Positions 33,673-43,423 of a stretch of DNA of 64,000 bases are shown here, in pieces. The stretch is from a virus (Duplodnaviria; Caudoviricetes): positions 4,792 through 68,791 of IMG/VR virus record IMGVR_UViG_3300031965_000935, one strand, 5' to 3'. Each line of letters opens with the position of its first letter. The first letter of the stretch is position 1. Both the position numbers and the translations under genes were made by a program. The notes under the pieces were generated by a model. That model was not told the DNA's origin and did not search any database. It saw only the letters and a program-made list of their open reading frames with translations.

Positions 33673-34526
33673 AGGGCATCAAACATCTTCTGAACCTGCC
33701 GCCAGTCATAATGCTCGAAGCCGGCCGCCTTGAGCGATTCGGCGGCCGCCTGACCCATTAGACCCAGTTCCGCCTTGACTTCATCAAAGAACTCTTTTTT
33801 CGTGGGCACCCAGGCCCGATCATAGACCGCCGCCTCGATTCGTTCTGGCATATCCAGCCATTTGCCCGAATCATCCCAGAGGATTATATCTTTGACCCCG
33901 TTTCTGGCCCAAACAACCTTTATCCCCAGGCAGCGGCCGCCATTTGAGCTTGCCGAAGATGAACCTGCCGAAAATGTGACTGTGTGTAATTCCAGGTTCA
34001 TAGAGGTAATTAGCTTGGCCCGTTCTGCCTTGCTGACTGTAGGGCGGGTTTCTTCTTTCCCCTTGGAATCAATGCCGTCCTCTAAATGATACACCCAGAG
34101 GGTGTCACATCCCCAACGGGTCACGGCATGCTGAAGCTGCGCCCGGGCGGTTGACTTTTCGATAAAGGCGCTGGCCCGGTTTACATTGCGGCCGGCGCTG
34201 TTATCTCTGACCGCTTTAACCGTCTTGGGGGTCAGGATGGCAGTCAGAGAATCGACAATTATAGTTTTAACGCCTGAGCCAGGCATGTTCTGGCTCAAAA
34301 GCCCCTCTATGATGTCAGTATCATTATTATCGGCCGGCGTCTCTGATAATTGGAATATGTCCCCGTCTACCAGGGCGGCTATTTCAGCGAAACGATGGTC
34401 GGCGTCTATGGGCAGAATCGGTGCGCGCATACGGGCGGCGAAAGTAGACTTGCCGCTGTTGGGGTATCCGACCAGAACCCAATGACGCGGGGGATAGAGG
34501 CGCGCGCTCATTTTCTGGAAGGGCAT
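33642..34526 (-). CDS. AAA/RecA-fold ATPase, Sak4-like recombination protein
   Basis: LVGYPNSGKST, IDAD, IIVDSLT, VYHLED. Confidence 0.7.
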   Translation of the reverse strand: MPFQKMSARLYPPRHWVLVGYPNSGKSTFAARMRAPILPIDADHRFAEIAALVDGDIFQLSETPADNNDTDIIEGLLSQNMPGSGVKTIIVDSLTAILTPKTVKAVRDNSAGRNVNRASAFIEKSTARAQLQHAVTRWGCDTLWVYHLEDGIDSKGKEETRPTVSKAERAKLITSMNLELHTVTFSAGSSSASSNGGRCLGIKVVWARNGVKDIILWDDSGKWLDMPERIEAAVYDRAWVPTKKEFFDEVKAELGLMGQAAAESLKAAGFEHYDWRQVQKMFDALKMNNPPGGG

Positions 34527-34705
34527 GTTTCATCTCCTTTGCTATATAAGCTCATGGCCTCATGTGCGCCTTGCCGGTCGCCTTCGGCCAGACATAATTC
34601 AACCTCTAAGGCCGTTACCGCATCCTGAAACCAGCGCCGGCGTACCTGGTTTCGTTTCAGGCCAGCTTCAATCAACTCGGTCAGGGTTTCAATGGTATCA
34701 AACAT
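34508..34705 (-). CDS. hypothetical protein
   Basis: 65-aa ORF in the cassette. Confidence 0.5.
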   Translation of the reverse strand: MFDTIETLTELIEAGLKRNQVRRRWFQDAVTALEVELCLAEGDRQGAHEAMSLYSKGDETCPSRK

Positions 34706-34706
34706 A

Positions 34707-35513
34707 TCAGGCTTCCTCCTGAGCCAAAAAAGATAACCACAGGGCAGCCAGGTCTGGGGAAAGATTTATGGCTGCGGCTATGAATTTATCCAGGTCATAG
34801 GACCTGGTTTCTAACTCAGCCATAACTGCTTCCCGGCGCGCAATGCCGTCGCGCATTTTGCGGGCAAAATGTACTAAATTTTGCTTGGCGGGAGTAGGGG
34901 CGAGGCCGCCAATGGCCTCAAAGGCAGTAATTATTTCGACCAGGCGGTCAAAACACTCGGCAAACTCAACCGCATCCTTATTTAGCGCCCGCTCTTCCTT
35001 TAGGCAATCTGTCAAGACTGCCTGATGGCGGGAAAGGCCAATTTGAGCATCCCGGCGCATGGCCTTGCCGACCTGGGCGGCCTCGGCCTGAATAAAGGCG
35101 TCGTAATCCCTTGACCTGCGCCGGATGTCGTCCCTTTTGAGCCTGGCTTCCACCTGAATCTGGTAGCCAGTTACAGTCTCTGGACTAAGAATACTGCCGG
35201 TATAAATCCAGCTATCATAGCGAACCTCGCCGGCGGCTACCTTCTCTATCTCCCAGGGCAAGCGGGGCGCTTCAGAGGCAAAGCCGACAAAGCCTCTGGC
35301 AATCTGATTCAGGTCAGTTATGCCGATATAACTACAGATGTAGTTATGCCATCGGCTGGCCAGTTCGCCGCCGGTGATGGTATAGCCGGCCGCCTTGAAA
35401 ACAGCTTCCAGGGTGAAGACCAGCCGGTCGTACCTGGCCGTCTTTTCGCCCAATTGCGCGTAAACTTCGTTAAAAATTTCTTGGTAATTCACGGTAGTTC
35501 CTTTCAAAGACAA
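34707..35513 (-). CDS. coiled-coil hypothetical protein
   Basis: 268-aa ORF. Confidence 0.6.
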   Translation of the reverse strand: MSLKGTTVNYQEIFNEVYAQLGEKTARYDRLVFTLEAVFKAAGYTITGGELASRWHNYICSYIGITDLNQIARGFVGFASEAPRLPWEIEKVAAGEVRYDSWIYTGSILSPETVTGYQIQVEARLKRDDIRRRSRDYDAFIQAEAAQVGKAMRRDAQIGLSRHQAVLTDCLKEERALNKDAVEFAECFDRLVEIITAFEAIGGLAPTPAKQNLVHFARKMRDGIARREAVMAELETRSYDLDKFIAAAINLSPDLAALWLSFLAQEEA

Positions 35514-35531
35514 ATGACCAAAGGTTGATGA

Positions 35532-35783
35532 CTATTCAATAACAATGTACAAAATAGGTCCCCAGGCTGTTTTTAATTTTTCCATTTCAGCCTGACTTAG
35601 AATCATCAACCAACGCCGGTTTACCATTATGGGCCTTTTGGCAAGAAATTCGCTGACCAGCATACAGTCAGGCTCGAATAAGACAAATTTTTCGTCGGTT
35701 TGGACAGCAATGATAAAGTCTTTATGAGTCACCTCTGCCTGTTTGAATTTGGTATACAGATCCACTTCTGACATGGGTATCAC
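35532..35783 (-). CDS. hypothetical protein
   Basis: AAGGAGG RBS; possible MutS-I-like DEKFVLFE.D motif. Confidence 0.5.
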   Translation of the reverse strand: MIPMSEVDLYTKFKQAEVTHKDFIIAVQTDEKFVLFEPDCMLVSEFLAKRPIMVNRRWLMILSQAEMEKLKTAWGPILYIVIE

Positions 35784-35794
35784 CTCCTTTCTTT

Positions 35795-36196
35795 TTATTC
35801 TTCTGGTCTGAAGTCAATAAAGATATAAGCCCGGCGACCAGTTTCAGAGGCACGTAGTTGTAAAACATGTCCAGCCATAACCGGAGAAAATAATATCTCT
35901 ACAATAACGTTTTCCTCTGAGGCAAACCCCTTGAGGGCATCCATTAAATACCTTGGGTTAATTGCAAAACAATCTATTAGTCTGGCCTTAGCCATTAGCT
36001 CAAGGAATTTTCCGATCTGGATTCCCCGCTCAACCTCTGGGACATCCAGGTCGCTGGCAACATGTAAACGATGGCCGTCCGTTCCCAGAAGATAACCCCC
36101 ATCCTCTGGCGATTCGATAAGTTGGTTAAATGGAGATTCCGGGTCTGGCAGAGCAGCTAACTTGCACCAATCTTTATCACTAATCATTTTCTTCAT
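35795..36196 (-). CDS. beta-sliding-clamp-like fragment
   Basis: LLGTDGHRLHV and AINPRYLMDALK resemble DnaN motifs; only 133 aa. Confidence 0.5.
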   Translation of the reverse strand: MKKMISDKDWCKLAALPDPESPFNQLIESPEDGGYLLGTDGHRLHVASDLDVPEVERGIQIGKFLELMAKARLIDCFAINPRYLMDALKGFASEENVIVEILFSPVMAGHVLQLRASETGRRAYIFIDFRPEE

Positions 36197-36947
36197 CCTC
36201 TCTGATTTTTAGTCTGAGGCCGGCGGCCTCTATGATGACTTCGTCCCCTTCAGTCAGGGTCGCCCACTGAGCAACAGTCAGGCTGAGGACAATTGGGCGG
36301 CCCGATTCCGGCTCGCCCAGGTCAGGGATGTCGATTCCTGACAGATCAACTTCTCCGGCTTGCCAGTCCCGGAGCGTCTCTTTTGCCGCCTCGGTCGTTA
36401 AGTCCCCGGCGGCATAAAAGGCCGCCTGCTCACCCTCTGGGAGTTTGACCACCATCCGGGCGGCGGTCAGGACCATTTCGCCAGACTCCAGGGCATCCCG
36501 GAGTGGGGAAATTAGGGCCATGAGGCTTAACCGCTGGCTGACATTGCCCTGGGTAATGCCAAGCCGCCGGGCGATTACTTTTTGAGTGTAACCCAGGTCA
36601 ATGAGGTCTGAGATTAGCCGCGCTTCGACTATGGGGGAGGGTGAGCCACTCATATTCAAAGCCAGGGCCGACCAGGCGGCCGCCTCCTGGTCAGCATCCT
36701 CAATAATCGCCTCGACCTCAGTTACCCCGGCGGCGGTCAGGTTCGCTACCCGGCGGCGACCGTTGATAATCTCGTAGTGCCCATCAGGTAACTGTCTAAC
36801 TCGGATCGGGTCAATCTGGCCCAGTTCAGTCAGGCTGACCTGCCGGGCTTTGCTGATTGGGGCGGGGACGCTGTTGATAGCTGAAATCGCAATCCGGGTT
36901 AGTTGACGTGGAGTAGTCATTAGTTTCAAGTCGGTTATGGTCATCAT
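36180..36947 (-). CDS. ParB/Srx-family protein with HTH
   Basis: IDPIRVR....YEIINGRRR..N, N......EAR, YTQ..IA.RLG..Q..VS.RL.L. Confidence 0.8.
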   Translation of the reverse strand: MMTITDLKLMTTPRQLTRIAISAINSVPAPISKARQVSLTELGQIDPIRVRQLPDGHYEIINGRRRVANLTAAGVTEVEAIIEDADQEAAAWSALALNMSGSPSPIVEARLISDLIDLGYTQKVIARRLGITQGNVSQRLSLMALISPLRDALESGEMVLTAARMVVKLPEGEQAAFYAAGDLTTEAAKETLRDWQAGEVDLSGIDIPDLGEPESGRPIVLSLTVAQWATLTEGDEVIIEAAGLRLKIREDEEND

Positions 36948-36949
36948 CT

Positions 36950-37750
36950 TTAATAATCCAGGGTGACAGTATCGAAACCGGCCGCTTGGGCTTTTTCTTG
37001 GGCCGCCTTGTGGGGCTTTTTGGCAAATTCAATATGAGTTAAAGACAGGGCCAAGAAAAGGCCAGGGCTCCAGATGGTAGGACGATAGACCTGCGGATCG
37101 ACCGGAAACTTGGCTGTATATGTGAAACTGGGCATGCGTACCTGATACCAGGCCGCCTCACCGGTTGGGGATGGCTCGATGTCCTTATGAGACAAAAAAG
37201 CCAGATCGCGCAGGCCATGGGTACATAGGCTATAATTCAGGTGCCTCTCCGGGGCCTGGCCGTTGTGCTCGTCAGAGTAGGCCATCCAGTCCTGGAGATG
37301 CTTGCAACCATAGAGGGGGCCATCTCCCCGATTCAGCTCATATTCAAACTGAGGGATGACTTTGGCATGACAGAAGATCATGCGCGACTGGCCCGGCGTC
37401 AGTTTCTCGAAGGGGATGTTAGGGGGAGCCTTACGGCTGGCCCCAAAACGAGCCGCCTCTTCCACAAAGTCCCAGGCGGCCGGGTAGCCGATGGCCGCCT
37501 TGTCGGGTTTAGAGCCGACAAAGATAACCACGTCGTTGACAGAGGCCGGGTCCTTAGGATAACGTGGTAGAATTTTAATGCCCCGCTGGAATTTGCCCGG
37601 CCAGGGGATGGCCGGGTCTTTGACAAATGCCTCAATAGGCTTGCCCCATCTGGACAGGTTGCAGCACAGATAGGGGCTTTCCGGGTCGCGCTCACTGCCG
37701 CAGCCGCGACCGTTTGGGGGTTGATGGGTAGTCAAAATTATAGAGTCCAT
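36950..37750 (-). CDS. hypothetical protein
   Basis: ATG at 37750 behind AAAGGA; long ORF. Confidence 0.65.
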   Translation of the reverse strand: MDSIILTTHQPPNGRGCGSERDPESPYLCCNLSRWGKPIEAFVKDPAIPWPGKFQRGIKILPRYPKDPASVNDVVIFVGSKPDKAAIGYPAAWDFVEEAARFGASRKAPPNIPFEKLTPGQSRMIFCHAKVIPQFEYELNRGDGPLYGCKHLQDWMAYSDEHNGQAPERHLNYSLCTHGLRDLAFLSHKDIEPSPTGEAAWYQVRMPSFTYTAKFPVDPQVYRPTIWSPGLFLALSLTHIEFAKKPHKAAQEKAQAAGFDTVTLDY

Positions 37751-37773
37751 TTTATTCCTTTCCACAGACAGAT

Positions 37774-37935
37774 TTATATACCAGGGACCATCATCTCCCT
37801 AGCGCAAAACTGGAACGGCCCGACTGGATACGGCCGGGCCGCATTGTCGCAGGCATCCAAAGCGTTTTGGGCGTGGATACCGATAACCTTGACGATAGAC
37901 CCAAGATGCTTAATTTCAACGCGGTAAAGTTTCAT
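37774..37935 (-). CDS. 53-aa hypothetical protein
   Basis: MKLYRVEIKHLG...; GGAG RBS; translated by hand. Confidence 0.45.
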   Translation of the reverse strand: MKLYRVEIKHLGSIVKVIGIHAQNALDACDNAARPYPVGPFQFCAREMMVPGI

Positions 37936-38176
37936 AAGTTTCTCCATTATATTTTTCTATTATATTCTTAGTAATGCGATAAAGATTGTGTTTAAAAGTA
38001 AAGACTTTCGCATTGCCAACCTGATAGCTTCTCTTACAATTTTCACAAATTTTGATCACTGGAAAGCCTCGGTAATGATTTCCCAGGAGAGTAAATCCTT
38101 CACTTGGCTTTCCTGGGCCAAAGGGTTGCCAGGCCCATAATGCTATTTTCTCATGGCAAATTCTACAGTTAACCAT
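37916..38176 (-). CDS. AT-rich zinc-finger protein
   Basis: CRIC...CENC. Confidence 0.5.
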   Translation of the reverse strand: MVNCRICHEKIALWAWQPFGPGKPSEGFTLLGNHYRGFPVIKICENCKRSYQVGNAKVFTFKHNLYRITKNIIEKYNGETYETLPR

Positions 38177-38251
38177 ATCTATTGATCTTTTCCGGTCATT
38201 TCAGAAACTTTCATGTTATCTCCTGTCAAAAATCACTTCACCGTCAAGAAT

Positions 38252-38280
38252 ATTGTACCATAGATAGTAATACAAGTCAA
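38252..38280 (-). promoter_or_regulatory. promoter of leftward cassette 3
   Basis: TTGACT-17-TACAAT; shares TATTACTAT spacer and downstream TTCTTGA with the 13.9 and 47.9 kb promoters. Confidence 0.75.
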
Positions 38281-38319
38281 GGTGAATTTTGACGAATATT
38301 ACCGCGTAATGTTAAATTT

Positions 38320-38348
38320 TTGTATAGCTCAATTTCGTATGCTATTAT
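38320..38348 (+). promoter_or_regulatory. late promoter, probably leaderless
   Basis: TTGTAT-17-TATTAT with ATGC; ATG begins 7 nt after the -10 and has no SD. Confidence 0.65.
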
Positions 38349-38354
38349 TACAGT

Positions 38355-38951
38355 ATGAGTATAAATGTTTGCGTCATTACCCCGACTATCGGGCGGCCTA
38401 CCCTGCGCCAGACCCTGACTAGCGCGCTTTTAACGAGTTCTGACCAGTGGCTGGTCGTAGGAGATGGGCCACAACCCCAGGCGGCCGCCCTGGTCAAAGA
38501 ATTACGCGACCAGGGCCTTGACTATCTTGAGTATCTTGAGCTTGACCCGCCCGGCGGCCGCTATGGTCATCCGGCGCGCGACCTGGCAATGACCAGGGCT
38601 AAGGCGGACTATTTGCTTTTTCTTGACGATGACGATATCTTTGCGCCTCATACCTGGCCGACGATTGTCTATGAGCTTGGCCTATACTGGGCCCAGCCGG
38701 TTATCTTCAGAATGGTCAACGGCAATGGAGAAGTTCTCTGGAAGGACCCTGTCTTGACCGTGGGCAACGTGGGCGGCTCTATGGTTGCCCTTCCTAACCG
38801 TCCTCATCTCCCCTTCTGGGCAAGCACCTCAGACCGCCATGGATGCGATCTTGAATTTATACAAGCCGCCCTGGGGCGCTATCACCCGTCCGAGATACGC
38901 TGGTCGGCCCAGATTCTGGTCATTTGCCGACCGGGAGTCCTGCATGAATGA
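38355..38951 (+). CDS. GT2 glycosyltransferase
   Basis: VITPTIGR, VVGDG, LLFLDDDD. Confidence 0.85.
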   Translation: MSINVCVITPTIGRPTLRQTLTSALLTSSDQWLVVGDGPQPQAAALVKELRDQGLDYLEYLELDPPGGRYGHPARDLAMTRAKADYLLFLDDDDIFAPHTWPTIVYELGLYWAQPVIFRMVNGNGEVLWKDPVLTVGNVGGSMVALPNRPHLPFWASTSDRHGCDLEFIQAALGRYHPSEIRWSAQILVICRPGVLHE

Positions 38952-39324
38952 CGATCTGCCCCGATTTAACATTGTTCACCACCTGGGCGAACCCAACACA
39001 GCCGAATTTGAGGGCGTTAAAATCAGCCGCCAGAAAGCCCTTTTTATAAGGGAATGGGGACGATTCGTGCCTTGTGCGCCGTATGATAATCACTTTGTAT
39101 TTGAAACCCCCGCAAAAGCCAAAAAAATAGGTATGAGCGAATACATGTGTACCTGCGGGTCAGCGGCGGTCGTGGCCAGGCCGGAAAAAGAGACAACCCG
39201 CATGTTTGTTTGTCTTTTTCACGCCACCTACGGCGCACACCAGACTTCGGTCATCAATAAGGCTGATTTTGGACAAGACCTGCCCCAGATTATCATGCCA
39301 AAGGCTAAAAAATGGCTGACCTGA
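38944..39324 (+). CDS. hypothetical protein with Cys/His cluster
   Basis: MNDDLPRF...CTCG...CLFH; coupled start. Confidence 0.55.
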   Translation: MNDDLPRFNIVHHLGEPNTAEFEGVKISRQKALFIREWGRFVPCAPYDNHFVFETPAKAKKIGMSEYMCTCGSAAVVARPEKETTRMFVCLFHATYGAHQTSVINKADFGQDLPQIIMPKAKKWLT

Positions 39325-40430
39325 AGATTGACGTATATTGCAATGATGGCTCACCTATCGGAATAGATTGGCGGCATATCTATGAGGGACTGGGGATAGG
39401 CGGAGCGGAACTCGCCTTGTTCACCTGGGCTGAATTTATGGCCCGGCGCGGTCATCAGGTCAGGATTTACAACGACCCAGCAGAACCCGGGACCTATCAG
39501 GGCATAGAATTTTTATCCCAGAATAAATTTGACCCCTCGGAAAACAGGGATGTTTTCATAGCCTGGCGCTCGCCCAATCGGTTTATACAGAAAGCACGCG
39601 GCTACCGGATTCATTGGTCAACCGACCAGTATACCAGCGGGAATTTTGCCACTGATATTGTGCCTTATGTTGACAAGATTGTCTGTATTTCCCCGTTTCA
39701 TCGAAAATACTATCTGGAGCGATACGGGCCGCCGGAGACAAAGATCGTCTACCTCGATCTAGGAGTGCGTCTTGAAGATTACACGATGCAGCCAAAGAAA
39801 GTGGCTTGTCGGTGTATTTTTTGCAGCGTGCCCGACCGGGGACTGCAGCTTGTCCCTAATATCTGGTCGGTCATCAAAGAGGCAGTACCCGACGCTTCCC
39901 TGGTTATCACTTCAGATTATCGCCTTTGGGGGTCGCAAAATCCGCTCAATTATCAGCATCGGTTAAATATGGTCGGGCAAGAGGGGACTGTTTACTTGGG
40001 GGCGATTCCTCGGCCTAGACTCATTGCCTTACAATCCGAGGCTCAGGTACACTTGTATCCATGTACCTACGACGAATTATTCTGCATCAGTGCCGCCGAG
40101 TGTCAGGTCGCCGGGGCCTATCCGGTTACAAGCGCCATGGGTGCGCTAGAAACAACCAATGAGTTTGGCATAACTTTCACTGGCCACCCGGAATCTCCGG
40201 CCTGGCAAAAGGAATATACGGCGACAGTCATTGAGTTACTGTTAAACCAAGAAAGCCTGACCGCCAGGGCTGAAGCCTGTATGGAACGCGCCCGGGTGCG
40301 CTTCAGTTGGGATAAAATTTGCGATAAATGGGAAAAGATGCTGAATGGTTCGGCAGGCTCACCACAAGGTGGGGCGGCCGCCGATTCGCCCGCCCGGAAG
40401 CGGGTTACTAAAAAGGTTAAGGTTGTATGA
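39312..40430 (+). CDS. GT4 glycosyltransferase
   Basis: GGAE, SVPDRGL, ELFCISAAECQ.AG. Confidence 0.9.
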   Translation: MADLKIDVYCNDGSPIGIDWRHIYEGLGIGGAELALFTWAEFMARRGHQVRIYNDPAEPGTYQGIEFLSQNKFDPSENRDVFIAWRSPNRFIQKARGYRIHWSTDQYTSGNFATDIVPYVDKIVCISPFHRKYYLERYGPPETKIVYLDLGVRLEDYTMQPKKVACRCIFCSVPDRGLQLVPNIWSVIKEAVPDASLVITSDYRLWGSQNPLNYQHRLNMVGQEGTVYLGAIPRPRLIALQSEAQVHLYPCTYDELFCISAAECQVAGAYPVTSAMGALETTNEFGITFTGHPESPAWQKEYTATVIELLLNQESLTARAEACMERARVRFSWDKICDKWEKMLNGSAGSPQGGAAADSPARKRVTKKVKVV

Positions 40431-41596
40431 TCATCTACATCAGCGACTTTGACCTGGGCGGCTCAGGCTATAGTAATATCGGCCAGCAACTTTGCCAGGA
40501 ACTGGTTTTCCGCCATGACCTGGGAGTCATCGCCCTGGGCCTGGGATACAATGGCCAGGAGCATAGTTACCCATTTTCTATTGTCCCTGTCCCTCACCTC
40601 TCCCATGTGCCCCATATGGTAAAGCGCCTGGTAGACTACGGCGCGCCGATCGAGGCTATTGTCGTAGCCCTAGACATCATACAGCAAGAGGCTATGATTA
40701 AGGCCCTCAACATTCCTAGTAAAATCCCCTACCTGGCCCTATTCCCTCTCGAATCGGGCCCGCTCTGCCAGCCCTGGGCTATCAATCTGATGCGCGCTAA
40801 CGGATGCCTAGTTATGTCTGAGTTTGCTGTCAAAGACGTTGCCCTGGCCGGCCTTGAGGCTGATTTTATCCCTCTGGGCGTAGGGGACATCTGGCGGCCG
40901 CCCACGGTTGAAGAAAAAGTCACGATACGTCAGGGCCTGGGTATGTCGCCGAATACTTTTAATATCCTGACCGTGGCCGATAACCAGGAACGAAAGAATC
41001 TCGATGCGGCCGCCAAGATGGTGGCCGGATTATCAATAAAACCGCTCAGTTATGCGCCTAACGGATTTGTACTCAAGAAAGAAGTCGTCCGGGATGTGTC
41101 CTGGACGCTTGTTACCCGCCTCGATTCCCCGGTCGGCTGGAAGTTAGACGACCTCTTTATGAGGTACGGGATCATGGATAGAGTAGCCATTTACAACCGG
41201 GGCATGCCGGTTGACAAGCTCTGGTTACTCTATGCGGCGGCTGACTGCTTTCTGTTGACCTCAAAGGCGGAAGGACTGGCCCTGCCACTGCTTGAGGCCA
41301 TGGCCTGCCGCGTGACTACGGTCGGCACAAACCATGCTGCTATTGCTGAGCATCTGGACGACCGCCTGGGGTATCTCATAGAACCTGAATATGGGCATAT
41401 AGACCCATTCGGCAACGGCTGGCGGGTTTGGGCCTCGGCAGAGGACGGCATCCGAAAGCTAACCTGGCTATATGAGCAGGGGCCAGATGAAACTATGCTC
41501 GACCGGGCGCAGGCATACATCCGGGCGCGCACCTGGGAAAAAGCGGGGCAGGTGCTGGTCGAGGCAATCAGGAAGGTGAAAAATGGGAATACTTGA
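40427..41596 (+). CDS. GT4 glycosyltransferase
   Basis: RKNL, YAAADCFLLTS.AEGLALPLLEAMAC. Confidence 0.9.
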   Translation: MIIYISDFDLGGSGYSNIGQQLCQELVFRHDLGVIALGLGYNGQEHSYPFSIVPVPHLSHVPHMVKRLVDYGAPIEAIVVALDIIQQEAMIKALNIPSKIPYLALFPLESGPLCQPWAINLMRANGCLVMSEFAVKDVALAGLEADFIPLGVGDIWRPPTVEEKVTIRQGLGMSPNTFNILTVADNQERKNLDAAAKMVAGLSIKPLSYAPNGFVLKKEVVRDVSWTLVTRLDSPVGWKLDDLFMRYGIMDRVAIYNRGMPVDKLWLLYAAADCFLLTSKAEGLALPLLEAMACRVTTVGTNHAAIAEHLDDRLGYLIEPEYGHIDPFGNGWRVWASAEDGIRKLTWLYEQGPDETMLDRAQAYIRARTWEKAGQVLVEAIRKVKNGNT

Positions 41597-42008
41597 ATCT
41601 GCAAAAATTGATGAGACTTTAGAGGCGTTTATTGATGGTATGCTACCTGGTGATGAAATGGATATGCTGGTCGCTCAGGCATTAGGGCAGGCTGATTTTA
41701 CATACCTGTCATATAGTTCAAACCTTCAAGCCGCCTGGAAAATCATTGAGTGGTGGCTTTCCCATCCTTTATCCGGCGGCGACCTATTTATTGAATGGTG
41801 GACTGATGGCGAATGGTTTATATGTGACAAAAATCTTATCACGCGGAAGGAGGGTATATCTACTTTTCTGATAGCCCGATCTAACACAGTGGACATGGAA
41901 ACTGATGAACTGCCATCATTGCCCCTGGCCCTATGCCGGCTTTTTCTGAAAAAAGCCTACCAGATAGGTCTATTGTCAACTGAAGAAATGAAGGCAAAGG
42001 CGCGATGA
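41583..42008 (+). CDS. phage ABA-sandwich-like protein
   Basis: MD.LVA, YSSNLQAAW.IIE, PLALCR..L. Confidence 0.5.
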   Translation: MGILESAKIDETLEAFIDGMLPGDEMDMLVAQALGQADFTYLSYSSNLQAAWKIIEWWLSHPLSGGDLFIEWWTDGEWFICDKNLITRKEGISTFLIARSNTVDMETDELPSLPLALCRLFLKKAYQIGLLSTEEMKAKAR

Positions 42009-42274
42009 AATACTATAAAAAATATAAAATCGAGGTCACAGAACAGGAACTGGTAAAAACTATCTGTGACCGTTGCGGGAGCGCAATACCAGAACTGAGA
42101 ACGTATGATCTCAGAGAATTTTCTTTGAGTTTTGCCGTTGGGGACACTTTTCCTGACAATGGCGAAAAAGACGGCTGGGAAGTCGAAGACTTGTGCGATG
42201 TCTGCATAGGCTGGCTCAAGAATCTGCTCGAAGAAAATGCCGTCCGTATAACCAAAGTCCATGCATCCTGGTGA
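42005..42274 (+). CDS. zinc-binding hypothetical protein
   Basis: CDRCG...DLCDVC. Confidence 0.55.
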   Translation: MKYYKKYKIEVTEQELVKTICDRCGSAIPELRTYDLREFSLSFAVGDTFPDNGEKDGWEVEDLCDVCIGWLKNLLEENAVRITKVHASW

Positions 42275-42281
42275 GGAAAAG

Positions 42282-42464
42282 ATGAACCAAAAAGAGCAAC
42301 ATCTATTATCTAACATTGCGAGTTTCTATTATATCATTTCTCTGAGTGCTTTAATCGCAAGCCTGATTTTTTTTGTTTGGATCGACTGGCGGCTTGGGCT
42401 TGCTATTCTTTTATTATGGCTTCATCATACCACCCTTAAAAGAGCGATGTTATTGGATCCGTAA
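42282..42464 (+). CDS. small two-TM protein
   Basis: Hydrophobic ORF; ATG behind GAGG. Confidence 0.45.
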   Translation: MNQKEQHLLSNIASFYYIISLSALIASLIFFVWIDWRLGLAILLLWLHHTTLKRAMLLDP

Positions 42465-42465
42465 A

Positions 42466-43368
42466 ATGGCCAAGCGTAAACGTCTGCCAGCGCTACCTGA
42501 AGAAGTATCAGAGCTGGATATAGTCATCCCGGTCTATGGCCGGCCTGATCTGCTTAAAGAGTGCCTGGCTGCTATCCCCCTGGCCGGCTTCGATGTCAAC
42601 TATAAGCTATTTCTGGTCGATGATAAGAGCCCAGAGCCTGGACCGCTAGAAATCCTCTATAATAGCCTAAATAGTCAGGCCAGGATTATCAGGAATCCGC
42701 AAAATATGGGCTTTCCGGCGGCCGCCAACAGGGGCGCGGCGCAGGGGCATGCGCCGGCGATTCTATTCCTAAATTCGGACGTGGTTTTGAAGCCCAATGC
42801 ACTTCGCATTATGCTCAACAGCCTCTGGTCGAGCCAGATCGAACGCGGGATTTTTGACCCGCCAGACATAAAAGGAGTCGGCATTGTAGCCCCTAAGTTG
42901 CTTTTCCCGGAGGGTGGCCATGACCAAAATAGGCCCGGCGGCAAAGTCCAACATGTGGGCATTGCCTTTAATGGGGCCGGTAAACCTTTTCATGCTCTTA
43001 TTGGCTGGTCAAGCGACAATCCAAAGGTCAACATAAAGCGGTCGCTTCAGGCGGTCAGCGGGGCCTGCTTGCTGATAAGGCGCGCCCTCTTTGACCAAAT
43101 ATGGCGCGGCTATCAGGCCGTGGGCGACCCTTCGGCCGGCGGCTTTAACGAGGTCTATGGTCTGGGGACTTATGAGGATATAGAATTATCATTCGCTGTG
43201 CGCTCACTGGGGTATCAAGTCCTTGTCGAACCCAGGGCCGTAGGGTATCATTACGTAGGGGGCTCGGCGGCAGCCCAACCGGGGGGTTATCCCCTGGGGC
43301 GCAATGAAAATATCTTCAGGGCGCGGTGTGGGCAGCTCATCCTCTGGGACGAGTGGGCGGTGTGGTAA
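42466..43368 (+). CDS. GT2 glycosyltransferase
   Basis: IVIPVYG, LVDDKS, N.GFPAAANRG, LNSDV, AVSGACLL, YEDIE. Confidence 0.9.
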   Translation: MAKRKRLPALPEEVSELDIVIPVYGRPDLLKECLAAIPLAGFDVNYKLFLVDDKSPEPGPLEILYNSLNSQARIIRNPQNMGFPAAANRGAAQGHAPAILFLNSDVVLKPNALRIMLNSLWSSQIERGIFDPPDIKGVGIVAPKLLFPEGGHDQNRPGGKVQHVGIAFNGAGKPFHALIGWSSDNPKVNIKRSLQAVSGACLLIRRALFDQIWRGYQAVGDPSAGGFNEVYGLGTYEDIELSFAVRSLGYQVLVEPRAVGYHYVGGSAAAQPGGYPLGRNENIFRARCGQLILWDEWAVW

Positions 43369-43423
43369 ATTAGCCATCTGCATGGCGACTCTAAAGAATA
43401 ATGGTTTAATCGGCGCGTGACAG

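Noticed and set aside
36180-36947. Plasmid-prophage ParABS system
   Set aside because: No ParA Walker-A variant or parS array identified; lone ParB/Srx genes are common in phages.
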